Part shown: piece after piece, positions 1 to 7,793 of the stretch | Position numbering within the stretch: position 1 is the first letter of the stretch | How the letters are laid out: every line of letters begins with the position of its first letter | Origin: an uncultured Actinomycetes bacterium | Lineage (GTDB): Bacteria > Actinomycetota > Thermoleophilia > RBG-16-64-13 | Direction: 5' to 3' | Assembly: GCA_963706025.1 (NCBI GenBank) | Contig: CAVPLM010000027.1 | Coordinates: 1 to 23,220, forward strand | DNA length: 23,220 nt | The notes under the pieces: model-generated | Databases searched by the model: none | Told to the model about the DNA's origin: nothing | What the model saw: only the letters and a program-made list of their open reading frames with translations | Position numbers and translations under genes: made by a program

Positions 1-609
1 GACATCGTCACAGTGATCGGAGCCTTCTGCCGGAACGCCCTGGAAAGCTCCATATCTCTGACGGCGGGGGTATTGGGCGCCTGGGCCTTCACGGGGGGAT
101 CCACCGCCTCTGTCTGGAGTACCGATATCGAGGGCTTATGTACGCGGAAGCGCAACCTATGGGTGAACTGCGCGACCACCCGAGCTCTGGAACGCAATGT
201 GGGAAACCCTGTCTTTCTGCTGGGCTAAGCTTCGGCTGGACCGTGCACAGAGATGGTCCTCCTGGAGACAGCGGCCTATTCGGTGGCCTACACCGCGAGC
301 GGGGGAGAGCTGATATGGGGAGGGTCTTCCTGCAACGGCGTTGACCCCGACTCCTATGCGGGCCTGCAGGGCCGCATGGTAGGCGAGGCGGCCCACGCTG
401 CTTGCGTCTTCTCCGCCGATGTGGCCAACGAGGTTATCGGCAGACTCTTCGCTGCCTTTGAAGCCGACCTCCCCCGCGCTCCGAAAGGGCTGACGTTCGA
501 CCGCTGCTATGACGTTGGTTCAGTGCAGCCGACGCGCGAGTACGCCGACCTTTACTGCAGAACCAGGGAAACCCTCGCCGCCGATTACGGGTTGAATTTC
601 ACACTTTGA
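1..609 (+). CDS. mtmB: Monomethylamine:corrinoid methyltransferase (MtmB family), 5'-truncated by the window, with an in-frame TAA at 226-228
   Basis: ORFs 13..228 and 253..609 are in the same frame, separated only by TAA(226-228). The joined protein reads ...SAGPCTEMVLLETAA...TASGGE...GLQGRMVGEAAHA...APKGLTFDRCYDVGSVQPTREYADLY...YGLNF. This matches the recalled C-terminus of Methanosarcina MtmB (AGPCTEMCLLEASA...TASGRE...GMEARMMGEVARA...APAGKTFQECYDVKTVTPTEEYMQVY...LGLVF). Confidence 0.85.
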
Positions 610-732
610 CAGGGCTCGAGACTACGGGTGGCGTGATCGACTTCACGGCACCAGTCGAGCCGGTCGAGGTGTCGTGGGCCTCGGGTCTGTGGCACGCTCT
701 ACGTGGGTTCGAGAACGCATCTATCGGCCTTC

Positions 733-770
733 TTGACCTCGGGCGGCGAGGTATGACATTCTGTTACATT
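733..770 (+). promoter_or_regulatory. Candidate promoter/operator for the ABC operon
   Basis: TTGACC at 733-738 and an extended -10-like TGt-TACATT at 762-770, with a repeated (G/T)ACATT hexamer 10 bp apart. The patch is AT-rich and lies ~90 bp upstream of livG. Confidence 0.3.
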
Positions 771-860
771 GTGCGCCGGGTCTTTTCCGGTCGGACAGGC
801 GCGCCAGGACCAATCCAAATGGAAGGGGGAGTGTCGGATGTTGGATGGAGGTGATTCCAC

Positions 861-1586
861 TTGACGGTCGCGCTTGAAACCCAAGGCCTTCGGAAGTCGT
901 TCGGCGGGGTCTTGGTGATCGACGACCTCAGCATCAGCGTCGATGCGGGGGAGGCGCTGGGCATCGTCGGTCCCAACGGGGCAGGTAAGACCACTTGGTT
1001 CAACCTGATCACCGGACAGGTGAACGAGGACGCCGGCAAGGTGATCTTCGAGGGCCGGGATATCAGCGGTCTCTCCCGGCATCAGCGGTGCCGCAGCGGC
1101 TTGGGTCGCACCTTCCAGATCCCTCGGCCCTTCACGGGCATGACCGTCTTCGAGAATGTGTTGGTGGGGGCCACCCACGGCCGCAACATGGGCGAACATG
1201 CCTCGTACGAGCACTGTGTGGACATCCTGGAGTGGACCGGTCTGCACAAGAAGGTGAACGTGGTCGCCGGGTCGCTCACCCTGCTCGATCGCAAGCGCCT
1301 GGAACTTGCCCGGGCTCTGGCCACCGACCCTAGCGTGCTCCTTTTGGACGAGATAGCCGGCGGCCTCACCCAGATCGAGGTGGACGAACTGCTCGAAGAG
1401 ATCAAGAACCTCCGGACCAGGGGCGTCACCATCGTCTGGATCGAGCACATCGTTCGAGCCCTCCTAGCTGTGGTCGATCGCATCGTGGTCATCAACTTCG
1501 GACGCAAGCTGTGCGAGGGCGACCCTCACGAGGTCATGAACAGTCAGGAAGTCCAGGCCTGCTACATGGGAGGGACGCCGGCATGA
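861..1586 (+). CDS. livG: Branched-chain amino acid-type (HAAT) ABC transporter ATP-binding protein, LivG-like
   Basis: Walker A GPNGAGKTT, GLGRTFQIPRPF, ELARALA and Walker B LLLDE; C-terminal VQACYMG. GGAGGTG RBS before a TTG start. Confidence 0.92.
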   Translation: MTVALETQGLRKSFGGVLVIDDLSISVDAGEALGIVGPNGAGKTTWFNLITGQVNEDAGKVIFEGRDISGLSRHQRCRSGLGRTFQIPRPFTGMTVFENVLVGATHGRNMGEHASYEHCVDILEWTGLHKKVNVVAGSLTLLDRKRLELARALATDPSVLLLDEIAGGLTQIEVDELLEEIKNLRTRGVTIVWIEHIVRALLAVVDRIVVINFGRKLCEGDPHEVMNSQEVQACYMGGTPA

Positions 1587-2281
1587 GTCTGCTCGAGCTC
1601 GATAACGCCAGTGTCTTCTACGAAGACTTCCAGGCTCTCTACGACCTCTCCCTCAAGGTGGAAGAAGGGGAGATATTCGCCTGCATCGGCGCAAACGGGG
1701 CAGGCAAGAGCACTATGCTCAGGGCCGTCTCCGGCGTGCTCATCCCCCGCTCGGGGCGCATCCTCTTCGACGGCCAACCCATCGATCACATGCCCCCCCA
1801 CAAGCGGGTGGATCTGGGCATCTCGATGGTGCCCGAAGGTCGCCGGGTGTTCCCCAGCTTGACTGTGCACGAGAACCTGCAGATCGGCGCTTGGCGTACT
1901 CGCAAGGGTCCCTGGAACACCGATGCCGTCTACGAGATGTTCCCGCTCCTGCAGCCTCTCAAGAAGCGCCAGGCCGCTGGTCTTTCCGGTGGGGAGCAGC
2001 AAGCTCTGGCCATCGGTCGCGCGCTCATGTGCAATCCGAGGCTTATCTTGATGGATGAGGTCTCGTTGGGTCTGGCTCCGGTGGTCATAAAACGGATCTA
2101 CGATTCGTTTCCCAAACTCCTCGATTCCGGCTGCACCATCCTCGTCGTCGAGCAGGACGTCCAGCACGTGCTCGCAGTGGCCAATCATGTGGCCTGCTTT
2201 CTTGAAGGTCGGATCGCCCTCGAGGGTGAACCCAAGGATCTGACCAACGACCAGATAACCGCGGCCTACTTCGGAGTGTAG
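1583..2281 (+). CDS. livF: HAAT ABC transporter ATP-binding protein, LivF-like
   Basis: GANGAGKST, VPEGRRVFPSLTVHENL, LSGGEQQ signature, ILMDE, LVVEQ. ATGA overlap with livG. Confidence 0.92.
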   Translation: MSLLELDNASVFYEDFQALYDLSLKVEEGEIFACIGANGAGKSTMLRAVSGVLIPRSGRILFDGQPIDHMPPHKRVDLGISMVPEGRRVFPSLTVHENLQIGAWRTRKGPWNTDAVYEMFPLLQPLKKRQAAGLSGGEQQALAIGRALMCNPRLILMDEVSLGLAPVVIKRIYDSFPKLLDSGCTILVVEQDVQHVLAVANHVACFLEGRIALEGEPKDLTNDQITAAYFGV

Positions 2282-2283
2282 AT

Positions 2284-3156
2284 ATGGACTGGATAAACGC
2301 AGCTGTCCAAGGCATCCTCCTGGGCGGCCTCTATGCTCTGTTTGCCACAGGATTGGCCCTTGTCTTCGGGACGATGCGCCTGGTCAACCTGGCTCACGGT
2401 GACCTGACAGTGATACCCGCCTACGTTGCACTCATGCTCGTAAACGCGTTCCGCTTCAACCCCTTCTATTCCATCCCGATCACTATGGTGATCATGTTCG
2501 TGGTGGGCTATCTCCTCCAGCGGGGCCTACTCAATACTATTGTCGGTAAGGGGGACGGACCCGGGGTGATCGTGACCTTCGGTCTCTCGATCGTCATCCA
2601 GAACGCGTTGTTGCTGGCCTTCACAGCCAACTCCCAGGGATTGGACGCGGGCACGGTCGAGAACCTGAGCATCAAGATCAACGATCGGCTGGCCGTAGGT
2701 TGGTTGCCGCTGATCATCTTCCTCATGTCCTTGGTCGTCATCACCGCTCTGCAGACGTGGATCAGCCGGACCAGGATGGGGCGCGGTTTCCGCGCCATAT
2801 CGGACGACACGGATACCGCCCGGCTCATGGGCATCAACACCAAGCACGTCTGGGCGATCGCCATGGGCGTGGCTCTGGGGATCGTCGCCATCGGCGGGGT
2901 CATGATGGGCATCCGTACCACCTTCGATCCGTTGCTCGGCACCCAGCGCCTGATCTACGCGTTTGAGGCCGTCATCATCGGCGGGATGGGATCGTATTGG
3001 GGGACTCTTCTGGGCGGGATCATTCTAGGGTTATCCCAGACCCTGGGCGCGCAGGCCTTCGGTTCGGCCTGGTCCATCCTGGTCGGGCACGTGGTCTTTG
3101 TGATCATCCTGGCTCTTAGGCCGCAAGGCTTCCTGGCGAAGACGGTGACGGCATGA
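2284..3156 (+). CDS. livH: HAAT ABC transporter permease, LivH-like
   Basis: GILLGGLYALFATGLALVFG..RLVNLAHGD, TRMGRGFRA, ARLMGIN and IIGGMGS; multiple TM helices. Confidence 0.92.
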   Translation: MDWINAAVQGILLGGLYALFATGLALVFGTMRLVNLAHGDLTVIPAYVALMLVNAFRFNPFYSIPITMVIMFVVGYLLQRGLLNTIVGKGDGPGVIVTFGLSIVIQNALLLAFTANSQGLDAGTVENLSIKINDRLAVGWLPLIIFLMSLVVITALQTWISRTRMGRGFRAISDDTDTARLMGINTKHVWAIAMGVALGIVAIGGVMMGIRTTFDPLLGTQRLIYAFEAVIIGGMGSYWGTLLGGIILGLSQTLGAQAFGSAWSILVGHVVFVIILALRPQGFLAKTVTA

Positions 3157-4226
3157 GTGTCGACACACCTACATATCAAGCTGAGCGCAAGCAGTTCTCG
3201 GTCCACGTAGCCAGTCGGACGAACTTCTACATCCTCGCCTTCGGGGTCGTGGTTCTTGTCTTTTTGGCTCTCTTTCCGCTGTTCGGAGGGATACCGTGGA
3301 CCCGCCGGCTGGTCGATTTCTTCACCCTGCTCGCTCTGGCTCAACTCTGGAACCTGCTGCTCGGCTACGCCGGCCTCATCTCGGTGGGGCAGCAGGGCTT
3401 CATCGGCATGGGGTCCTATCTGCTGTGGCTCTTTGCAGATATCTTCCACGTCAACCCCTTCATCGCCGTGATCCCTGCCGCCATCGGTGGTGCGCTCATC
3501 GCTCTCCCGACGGCTGCCCTGGTGTTCAAACTGAAGGGTGGCTACCTTGCCATCGGCACCTGGGTCATAGCAGAGATCCTGCGGTTGATCGTAGCCAACA
3601 TCAAGAGAACCGGTGGTGGGTCCGGGATCACCATCCAGGCGGCCACCGAGTTGGGTACCGAGACGCGGGTACCGGGGACGTACTGGTGGGGACTGGCCGT
3701 TGCGGTGCTTGCCATGGGAGTCACCTATTTCTTGCTGCGATCGCGTACAGGTCTTGCTTTGAAGTCCATGCGCGACAACGATGTGGCCGCGGAGGCGTCC
3801 GGAGTGAACTTGTGGCGCAGCAAGCTCTACACCTTCGTGATCGCCGGGGCCGGATGCGCCATGGTGGGAGCGATCGTGGCCATCCACCTCCTGAGGGTCC
3901 AGCCAGCCGCAGCCTTCAGCGTCAACTGGACGGCGTACATGCTCTTTATCACGATCATCGGGGGGGTAGGCACGATCGAGGGGCCGATCATCGGTACCGT
4001 CATCTACTTCGTCCTTCGGGAGACCACGAGTAAGTACGGGGAATGGTACTTCATCATATTGGGTCTCCTGGCCATCCTCGTGACCGTGTGGAGCCCGACA
4101 GGCATCTACGGTTGGATCTACCGAAAGACCAACTTCCTAGTGTTCCCGCTCCAGCGCAAGCTGGGATACAAGGACGAAGCGCGAGCAACGCCTCCTGTGG
4201 CCACGGGAGGCGGAGAAGCAGCGTAG
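3153..4226 (+). CDS. livM: HAAT ABC transporter permease, LivM-like
   Basis: WNLLLGYAGLISVGQQGFIG, LKGGYLAIGT, SRTGLALKSMRDNDVAAEASGVN and IGGVGTIEGPIIG. ATGA overlap with livH. Confidence 0.92.
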   Translation: MSVDTPTYQAERKQFSVHVASRTNFYILAFGVVVLVFLALFPLFGGIPWTRRLVDFFTLLALAQLWNLLLGYAGLISVGQQGFIGMGSYLLWLFADIFHVNPFIAVIPAAIGGALIALPTAALVFKLKGGYLAIGTWVIAEILRLIVANIKRTGGGSGITIQAATELGTETRVPGTYWWGLAVAVLAMGVTYFLLRSRTGLALKSMRDNDVAAEASGVNLWRSKLYTFVIAGAGCAMVGAIVAIHLLRVQPAAAFSVNWTAYMLFITIIGGVGTIEGPIIGTVIYFVLRETTSKYGEWYFIILGLLAILVTVWSPTGIYGWIYRKTNFLVFPLQRKLGYKDEARATPPVATGGGEAA

Positions 4227-4260
4227 ACCGCGCGTTCCCGTTTTAACTTCGATTTTGCCG

Positions 4261-4296
4261 GGGGAGGCCGCCGCGAGGCGGCCTCCCCGTCGTTTC
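4261..4296 (+). terminator. Strong hairpin, probable intrinsic terminator of the ABC operon
   Basis: Perfect 12-bp stem GGGGAGGCCGCC/GGCGGCCTCCCC with a GCGA (GNRA) loop, 35 nt after the livM stop; only a weak T-tract (GTCGTTT). Confidence 0.65.
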
Positions 4297-4374
4297 CGGC
4301 GTGGACGCTGAAGGCTGATTGCTCCCAGGACCGGGCACCGTTCCGCGCTCCTGTGGTCCATACCCACCCGAGTA

Positions 4375-4382
4375 TGTATACT
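4375..4382 (+). promoter_or_regulatory. -10 element upstream of the candidate ncRNA
   Basis: TATACT at 4377-4382, predicting a start near 4389-4391. No clear -35. Confidence 0.5.
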
Positions 4383-4389
4383 GCTTCTC

Positions 4390-4570
4390 AACGCGAGTAG
4401 AGACTTCACAGTCAGTGCGAATGGAGAGGATCGCTCTGAGGGCGAAGCCTGATGCATAAGGAACCGAAGGCCAGTGCGGCGCAGTAACATGGTGAGACCG
4501 GCCGCACCGGCCGACACGTATCGAGCGCCCCGCTCTTCTGACTCCTGTACGGCCCCTGATCGCTGCGTCG
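4390..4570 (+). ncRNA. Candidate structured small RNA (6S/Ms1-like long hairpin with internal bubble)
   Basis: Nested pairings: ACGC(4391)/GCGT(4565), AGTCAG(4410-4415)/CTGACT(4538-4543), CGCTC(4432-4436)/GAGCG(4523-4527), GATGC(4451-4455)/GTATC(4518-4522), GGCCAGTGCGGC(4469-4480)/GCCGCACCGGCC(4501-4512). It lies just downstream of a TATACT box, in a region with no credible ORF. Confidence 0.55.
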
Positions 4571-4609
4571 GTCATTTCGCCGATATCTCACTGTGGCCGA
4601 CCTCTCACT

Positions 4610-5191
4610 GTGGCAGGCCGGAGGCGTCAGTCCGGTGACACAGGTTTGAGGACGCGGGTTCTCCATGTCCTGCCTCTGGTCCTAATAGTGATCATGGCCA
4701 CGTTCTCTCTTGGCTCGTCCTCAGAAGCGGTGCAGACCGTCGTGAGCTACAGCGCGGAAGAGGTGGCCTTCGTGCGACTTCTGAACGAATACCGGGCGAG
4801 CCACGGTCTGCGGCCTCTGCTCGTCTCCGACGCGCTTTCAGAAGCCGGCGATAGGCACGGTCTCGACATGGGGAACCATCGTTTCTTCGACCACTACACC
4901 CTGGAGGACTCCGACTGGTTCGAGACGGGGACGTCACCCGGCACGCGGATGGCTGCCAGCGGATACTCTGGAAGCGCGGCGAAAGGTGAGAACATAGCCG
5001 CGGGCTACTCCAACGCCGCCGCCGTGTTCGCGGCCTGGCAGGACTCGCCCGCGCACGACGCGAACATGCTGGATGCCGACTTCGTCGTGCTGGGTGTCTC
5101 GTTGGTGGAGGTGGAGGGGTCTGAGTTCGGTCACTACTGGACCACAGACTTCGGCGGATACGTCGATCCTGCCGCCCACAGCCTCGACTAG
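4610..5191 (+). CDS. Secreted CAP (SCP/Tpx-1/Ag5/PR-1) domain protein
   Basis: LNEYRASHGLRPL, H..DM...FFDH, GENIAAG and W..SPAH..NML motifs; hydrophobic N-terminal signal. The true start may be TTG at 4646. Confidence 0.88.
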   Translation: MAGRRRQSGDTGLRTRVLHVLPLVLIVIMATFSLGSSSEAVQTVVSYSAEEVAFVRLLNEYRASHGLRPLLVSDALSEAGDRHGLDMGNHRFFDHYTLEDSDWFETGTSPGTRMAASGYSGSAAKGENIAAGYSNAAAVFAAWQDSPAHDANMLDADFVVLGVSLVEVEGSEFGHYWTTDFGGYVDPAAHSLD

Positions 5192-5217
5192 AAGGGGTCC
5201 TCAGGGAGGGGGTATGT

Positions 5218-6024
5218 GTGAGTGCTGACCCGAGCGTGCGTTCCGTCGCCCGCGCCGTCGCGATCTTGGAGCAGTTCACCGTCGACCGTCCGGAACTCAC
5301 TTTGACCGAGATAAGCACCGGCATCGGCCTGAGCAAGAGCACCACCCACCGTCTGCTCGGCACCCTGGAAGCCGCCGAGATGGTTGAGCTCGATAAGCGG
5401 AGCGCGCGCTATCGCTTGGGTCTCAAGATCTTCCGTTTAGGCAGCGTGGCGTCCAAGAGCGTGGAGTTGGTCAAGCAGGCCGACCCGCTGCTCTGGAATC
5501 TCACCGAGGACACCGACGAGAGCTCGTTCTTACAGGTCGCAGATGGCAACGAAGCCCTGTGTCTGCGCCGCTTCGATTGTACCCATCACGTGCGGGTGCT
5601 CTTTCTCGAAGCCGGAAAACGCTCAGCCTTCAACTGCGGCGCGGGCCAGCGCGTCCTTCTCGCTCATCTGCCCGAGTGGCGCTGGGAGGAAGTGGTGACC
5701 AACCACACCAGGCGCATGACCCAGTATTCCCTGGTCAGCCGGGAAGAGCTCGAGCGCGACCGGCGCGAGATCCGGGAGCGGGGTTACTCGGTGAGCTGGG
5801 AGGACGTCGCCCTTCACGCATGTGCGTTGGGGGCGCCGGTCCGCGACGCGACCGGCGCGGTGGTGGCCGCCGTGAGCATCTCCGGCATCGTGCAGCGCTT
5901 CTCCGCGGAGAGGCTGCCCACTCTCATCCGCAGGATCATGGAGGTCGGAGACGAGCTCTCCCGGAGACTAGGGTATATGCTCCACGAGACGGAAGGTCGC
6001 TCCGCCAGTGCGCCCGTCAAATGA
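5218..6024 (+). CDS. IclR-family transcriptional regulator
   Basis: VRSVARAVAILE...LTLTEIS...GLSKSTTHRLLGTL HTH; C-terminal IRERGYS...ALGAPVRD.TG.VVAAVSISG. Confidence 0.93.
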   Translation: MSADPSVRSVARAVAILEQFTVDRPELTLTEISTGIGLSKSTTHRLLGTLEAAEMVELDKRSARYRLGLKIFRLGSVASKSVELVKQADPLLWNLTEDTDESSFLQVADGNEALCLRRFDCTHHVRVLFLEAGKRSAFNCGAGQRVLLAHLPEWRWEEVVTNHTRRMTQYSLVSREELERDRREIRERGYSVSWEDVALHACALGAPVRDATGAVVAAVSISGIVQRFSAERLPTLIRRIMEVGDELSRRLGYMLHETEGRSASAPVK

Positions 6025-6064
6025 GGGCTGACGGACCCGCGTGCCGCGTTTACTAGCCCTTTTT
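6024..6064 (+). terminator. Possible intrinsic terminator after the IclR gene
   Basis: AGGGCTG.../...TAGCCCT outer stem followed by a short T run; the inner part pairs poorly. Confidence 0.3.
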
Positions 6065-6206
6065 CCTACGCACCCGGGGCATCTTCGGCCCCTTCTCTCA
6101 TGCGTCACAAGGCGCGGGAGTATGGTTTAATACTCGAGGGGAACTGTGGATGTCGCCGGCTTTTTGAGAGGCCGTTCTTGGCTTAGGGGCGACAAGGAGG
6201 AGTTGA

Positions 6207-6485
6207 GTGATGCCCAGCTGGATAGGACCCTGGGAGATTGCGATCGTTCTGGTGATAATCCTGCTGATCTTCGGTCCAAGGAAGCTGCCGGAGCTCGGTT
6301 CTTCACTCGGCAAGTCCATCCGCGGTTTCAAGAAGGGCATGAAAGACGGCCAAACGGCCGGCGACGAAACGGTCGCTGAAGCACAGGCCGCGGCCGAGCC
6401 GAAAGGAGCCGAGCCGCTCAAGGCAGAGGCGCAGCAAGCCGCCTCCACGGCGGTGAACCCGGACACGACCGAGAAGCCCGAATAG
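6207..6485 (+). CDS. tatA: Twin-arginine translocase subunit TatA/E
   Basis: IGPWEIAIVLVIILLIFGPRKLPELGSSLGKSIRGFKKGM; AAGGAGG RBS at 6194-6200. Start is GTG 6207 or ATG 6210. Confidence 0.95.
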   Translation: MMPSWIGPWEIAIVLVIILLIFGPRKLPELGSSLGKSIRGFKKGMKDGQTAGDETVAEAQAAAEPKGAEPLKAEAQQAASTAVNPDTTEKPE

Positions 6486-6516
6486 GCTAGAGCCGCGCTC
6501 CTAAGGCGGCGCCTGC

Positions 6517-7650
6517 ATGTCCACCGGAGAGAGCTTCGTCTATCTCGAGATCGCGGAAGCGATCCGCAGGCTCATCGTCTCCGGGCAGTTGAAGCCGGGT
6601 GACCGTCTTCCTTCCGTGCGGGTCATGGCCGAACGCTGGAGATGTACGCCCAATACCGTCAGCCGCGGCTACGCGCTGCTTTCTCGCGAAGGGCTGGTGG
6701 TAGGCCATAGGGGCGGCGGCACCCGCGTCGTGTCCACCAAGGCTGGACCCGACGAGACCGCGCCTCCAGAGTGGGAATGGGCGAGTCTGGTCAACCGGGC
6801 TGAGACGTATCTGTTGGAGAGCCTCAGCCAGGGTCACAGCCCGGCGCACGCCGAAGCCGCGCTGGCCGCGGCCATATCCCGTTGGCAGGACCTCCGCCGG
6901 CCGGCCTCCCCGCAGAAGGACGCGATGTCTGCCGACCTGGACGGGGGCGAAGTACGTTTCTCCGGCAGCCACGATCTTTCCGTCGAACTGCTCGGACGGT
7001 CGCTCCTAGAGCGGACACCGCCGGTTTCACTCTCGATTGACTTCATCGGCAGCCTGGGAGGGCTGATGGCGCTGGCTCGGGGGGAGGCCGACGTTGCGGG
7101 CGCTCACCTGTGGGATGGAGCCACCGGAGTCTACAACGTGCCTTTTGTCCAGCGCGTCCTTCCCAATCGTAAGGTGGTGCTCCTCAATCTGGTGCAGCGA
7201 CTGCAAGGACTCATCGTGCCGGCGGGCAACGCTCAAGGGCTGCGGTCCATCGCCGATCTGGCAAAGCCGGAGGTCCGTTTCGTCAACCGCCAGGCCGGGT
7301 CGGGCACCAGGGTCTGGCTTGACATCCGGCTGAGGGACGAAGGTCTTCCTCCGGCCAGCATCTCCGGATACGACCAGGAGGAGACGACCCACCTGGGCGT
7401 GGCTCGCGCAGTAGCCGAGGGCCGGGCCAACGCCGGCCTGGGCATCAGCGCTGCCGCGACCGCGTACGGTCTGGGCTTCGTACCCCTGGGCGAAGAGCGA
7501 TACGATCTGGTGATCCCGGCCGAGGTCTGGGACACGGCGGCTCTGCGATCGCTCCGCGAGGTCGTGAACTCACGGCACTTCAAGGACGCCGTTCTGGCCT
7601 TGGGCGGGTATGACGTCTCTCAAACGGGGAGCGAGACCGTCCTCGACTGA
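6517..7650 (+). CDS. GntR-family HTH fused to a PBP_like (molybdate-binding-type) domain
   Basis: N-terminal YLEIAEAIRRLIVSGQLKPGDRLPSVR...NTVSRGYALL..EGLV...GGGT (GntR). C-terminal GSHD, GSLGGLMAL, AGAHL, FVNRQAGSGTRVWLD, THLGVA and ERYDLVI motifs of the PBP_like family. Confidence 0.88.
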   Translation: MSTGESFVYLEIAEAIRRLIVSGQLKPGDRLPSVRVMAERWRCTPNTVSRGYALLSREGLVVGHRGGGTRVVSTKAGPDETAPPEWEWASLVNRAETYLLESLSQGHSPAHAEAALAAAISRWQDLRRPASPQKDAMSADLDGGEVRFSGSHDLSVELLGRSLLERTPPVSLSIDFIGSLGGLMALARGEADVAGAHLWDGATGVYNVPFVQRVLPNRKVVLLNLVQRLQGLIVPAGNAQGLRSIADLAKPEVRFVNRQAGSGTRVWLDIRLRDEGLPPASISGYDQEETTHLGVARAVAEGRANAGLGISAAATAYGLGFVPLGEERYDLVIPAEVWDTAALRSLREVVNSRHFKDAVLALGGYDVSQTGSETVLD

Positions 7651-7793
7651 CACCGGCGTGATCGCCGGTTCGACCTGCTCGGAACCTTGGCCCAACCGCA
7701 GATCGGGTGCCGTCATCGTCTCGATGCTAGTCTTAGCCCAGAGCGCACCTCAGCAGCCGGCCGGCATGACTCCCACGGGAGGAGGATAGATAT

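Noticed and set aside
226-228. Pyrrolysine codon in mtmB
   Set aside because: The codon is TAA, not TAG, and is far downstream of the position equivalent to Pyl202. TAG is an ordinary stop in eight genes here, including polA and tatA.
606-854. 82-aa ORF between mtmB and livG
   Set aside because: TTG start, no recognisable motif, and it spans the likely promoter region.
4390-4570. Known riboswitch (c-di-AMP, c-di-GMP, SAM) or hammerhead ribozyme
   Set aside because: The consensus cores could not be matched by eye. CTGATG at 4449 is followed by C and lacks the matching GAAA core. Kept only as an unclassified RNA candidate.
7651-7735. LexA/SOS box upstream of polA
   Set aside because: GTTC and GAAC occur in the wrong order and spacing for GAAC-N4-GTTC; only small hairpins and a possible TGcTAGTCT -10 are present.
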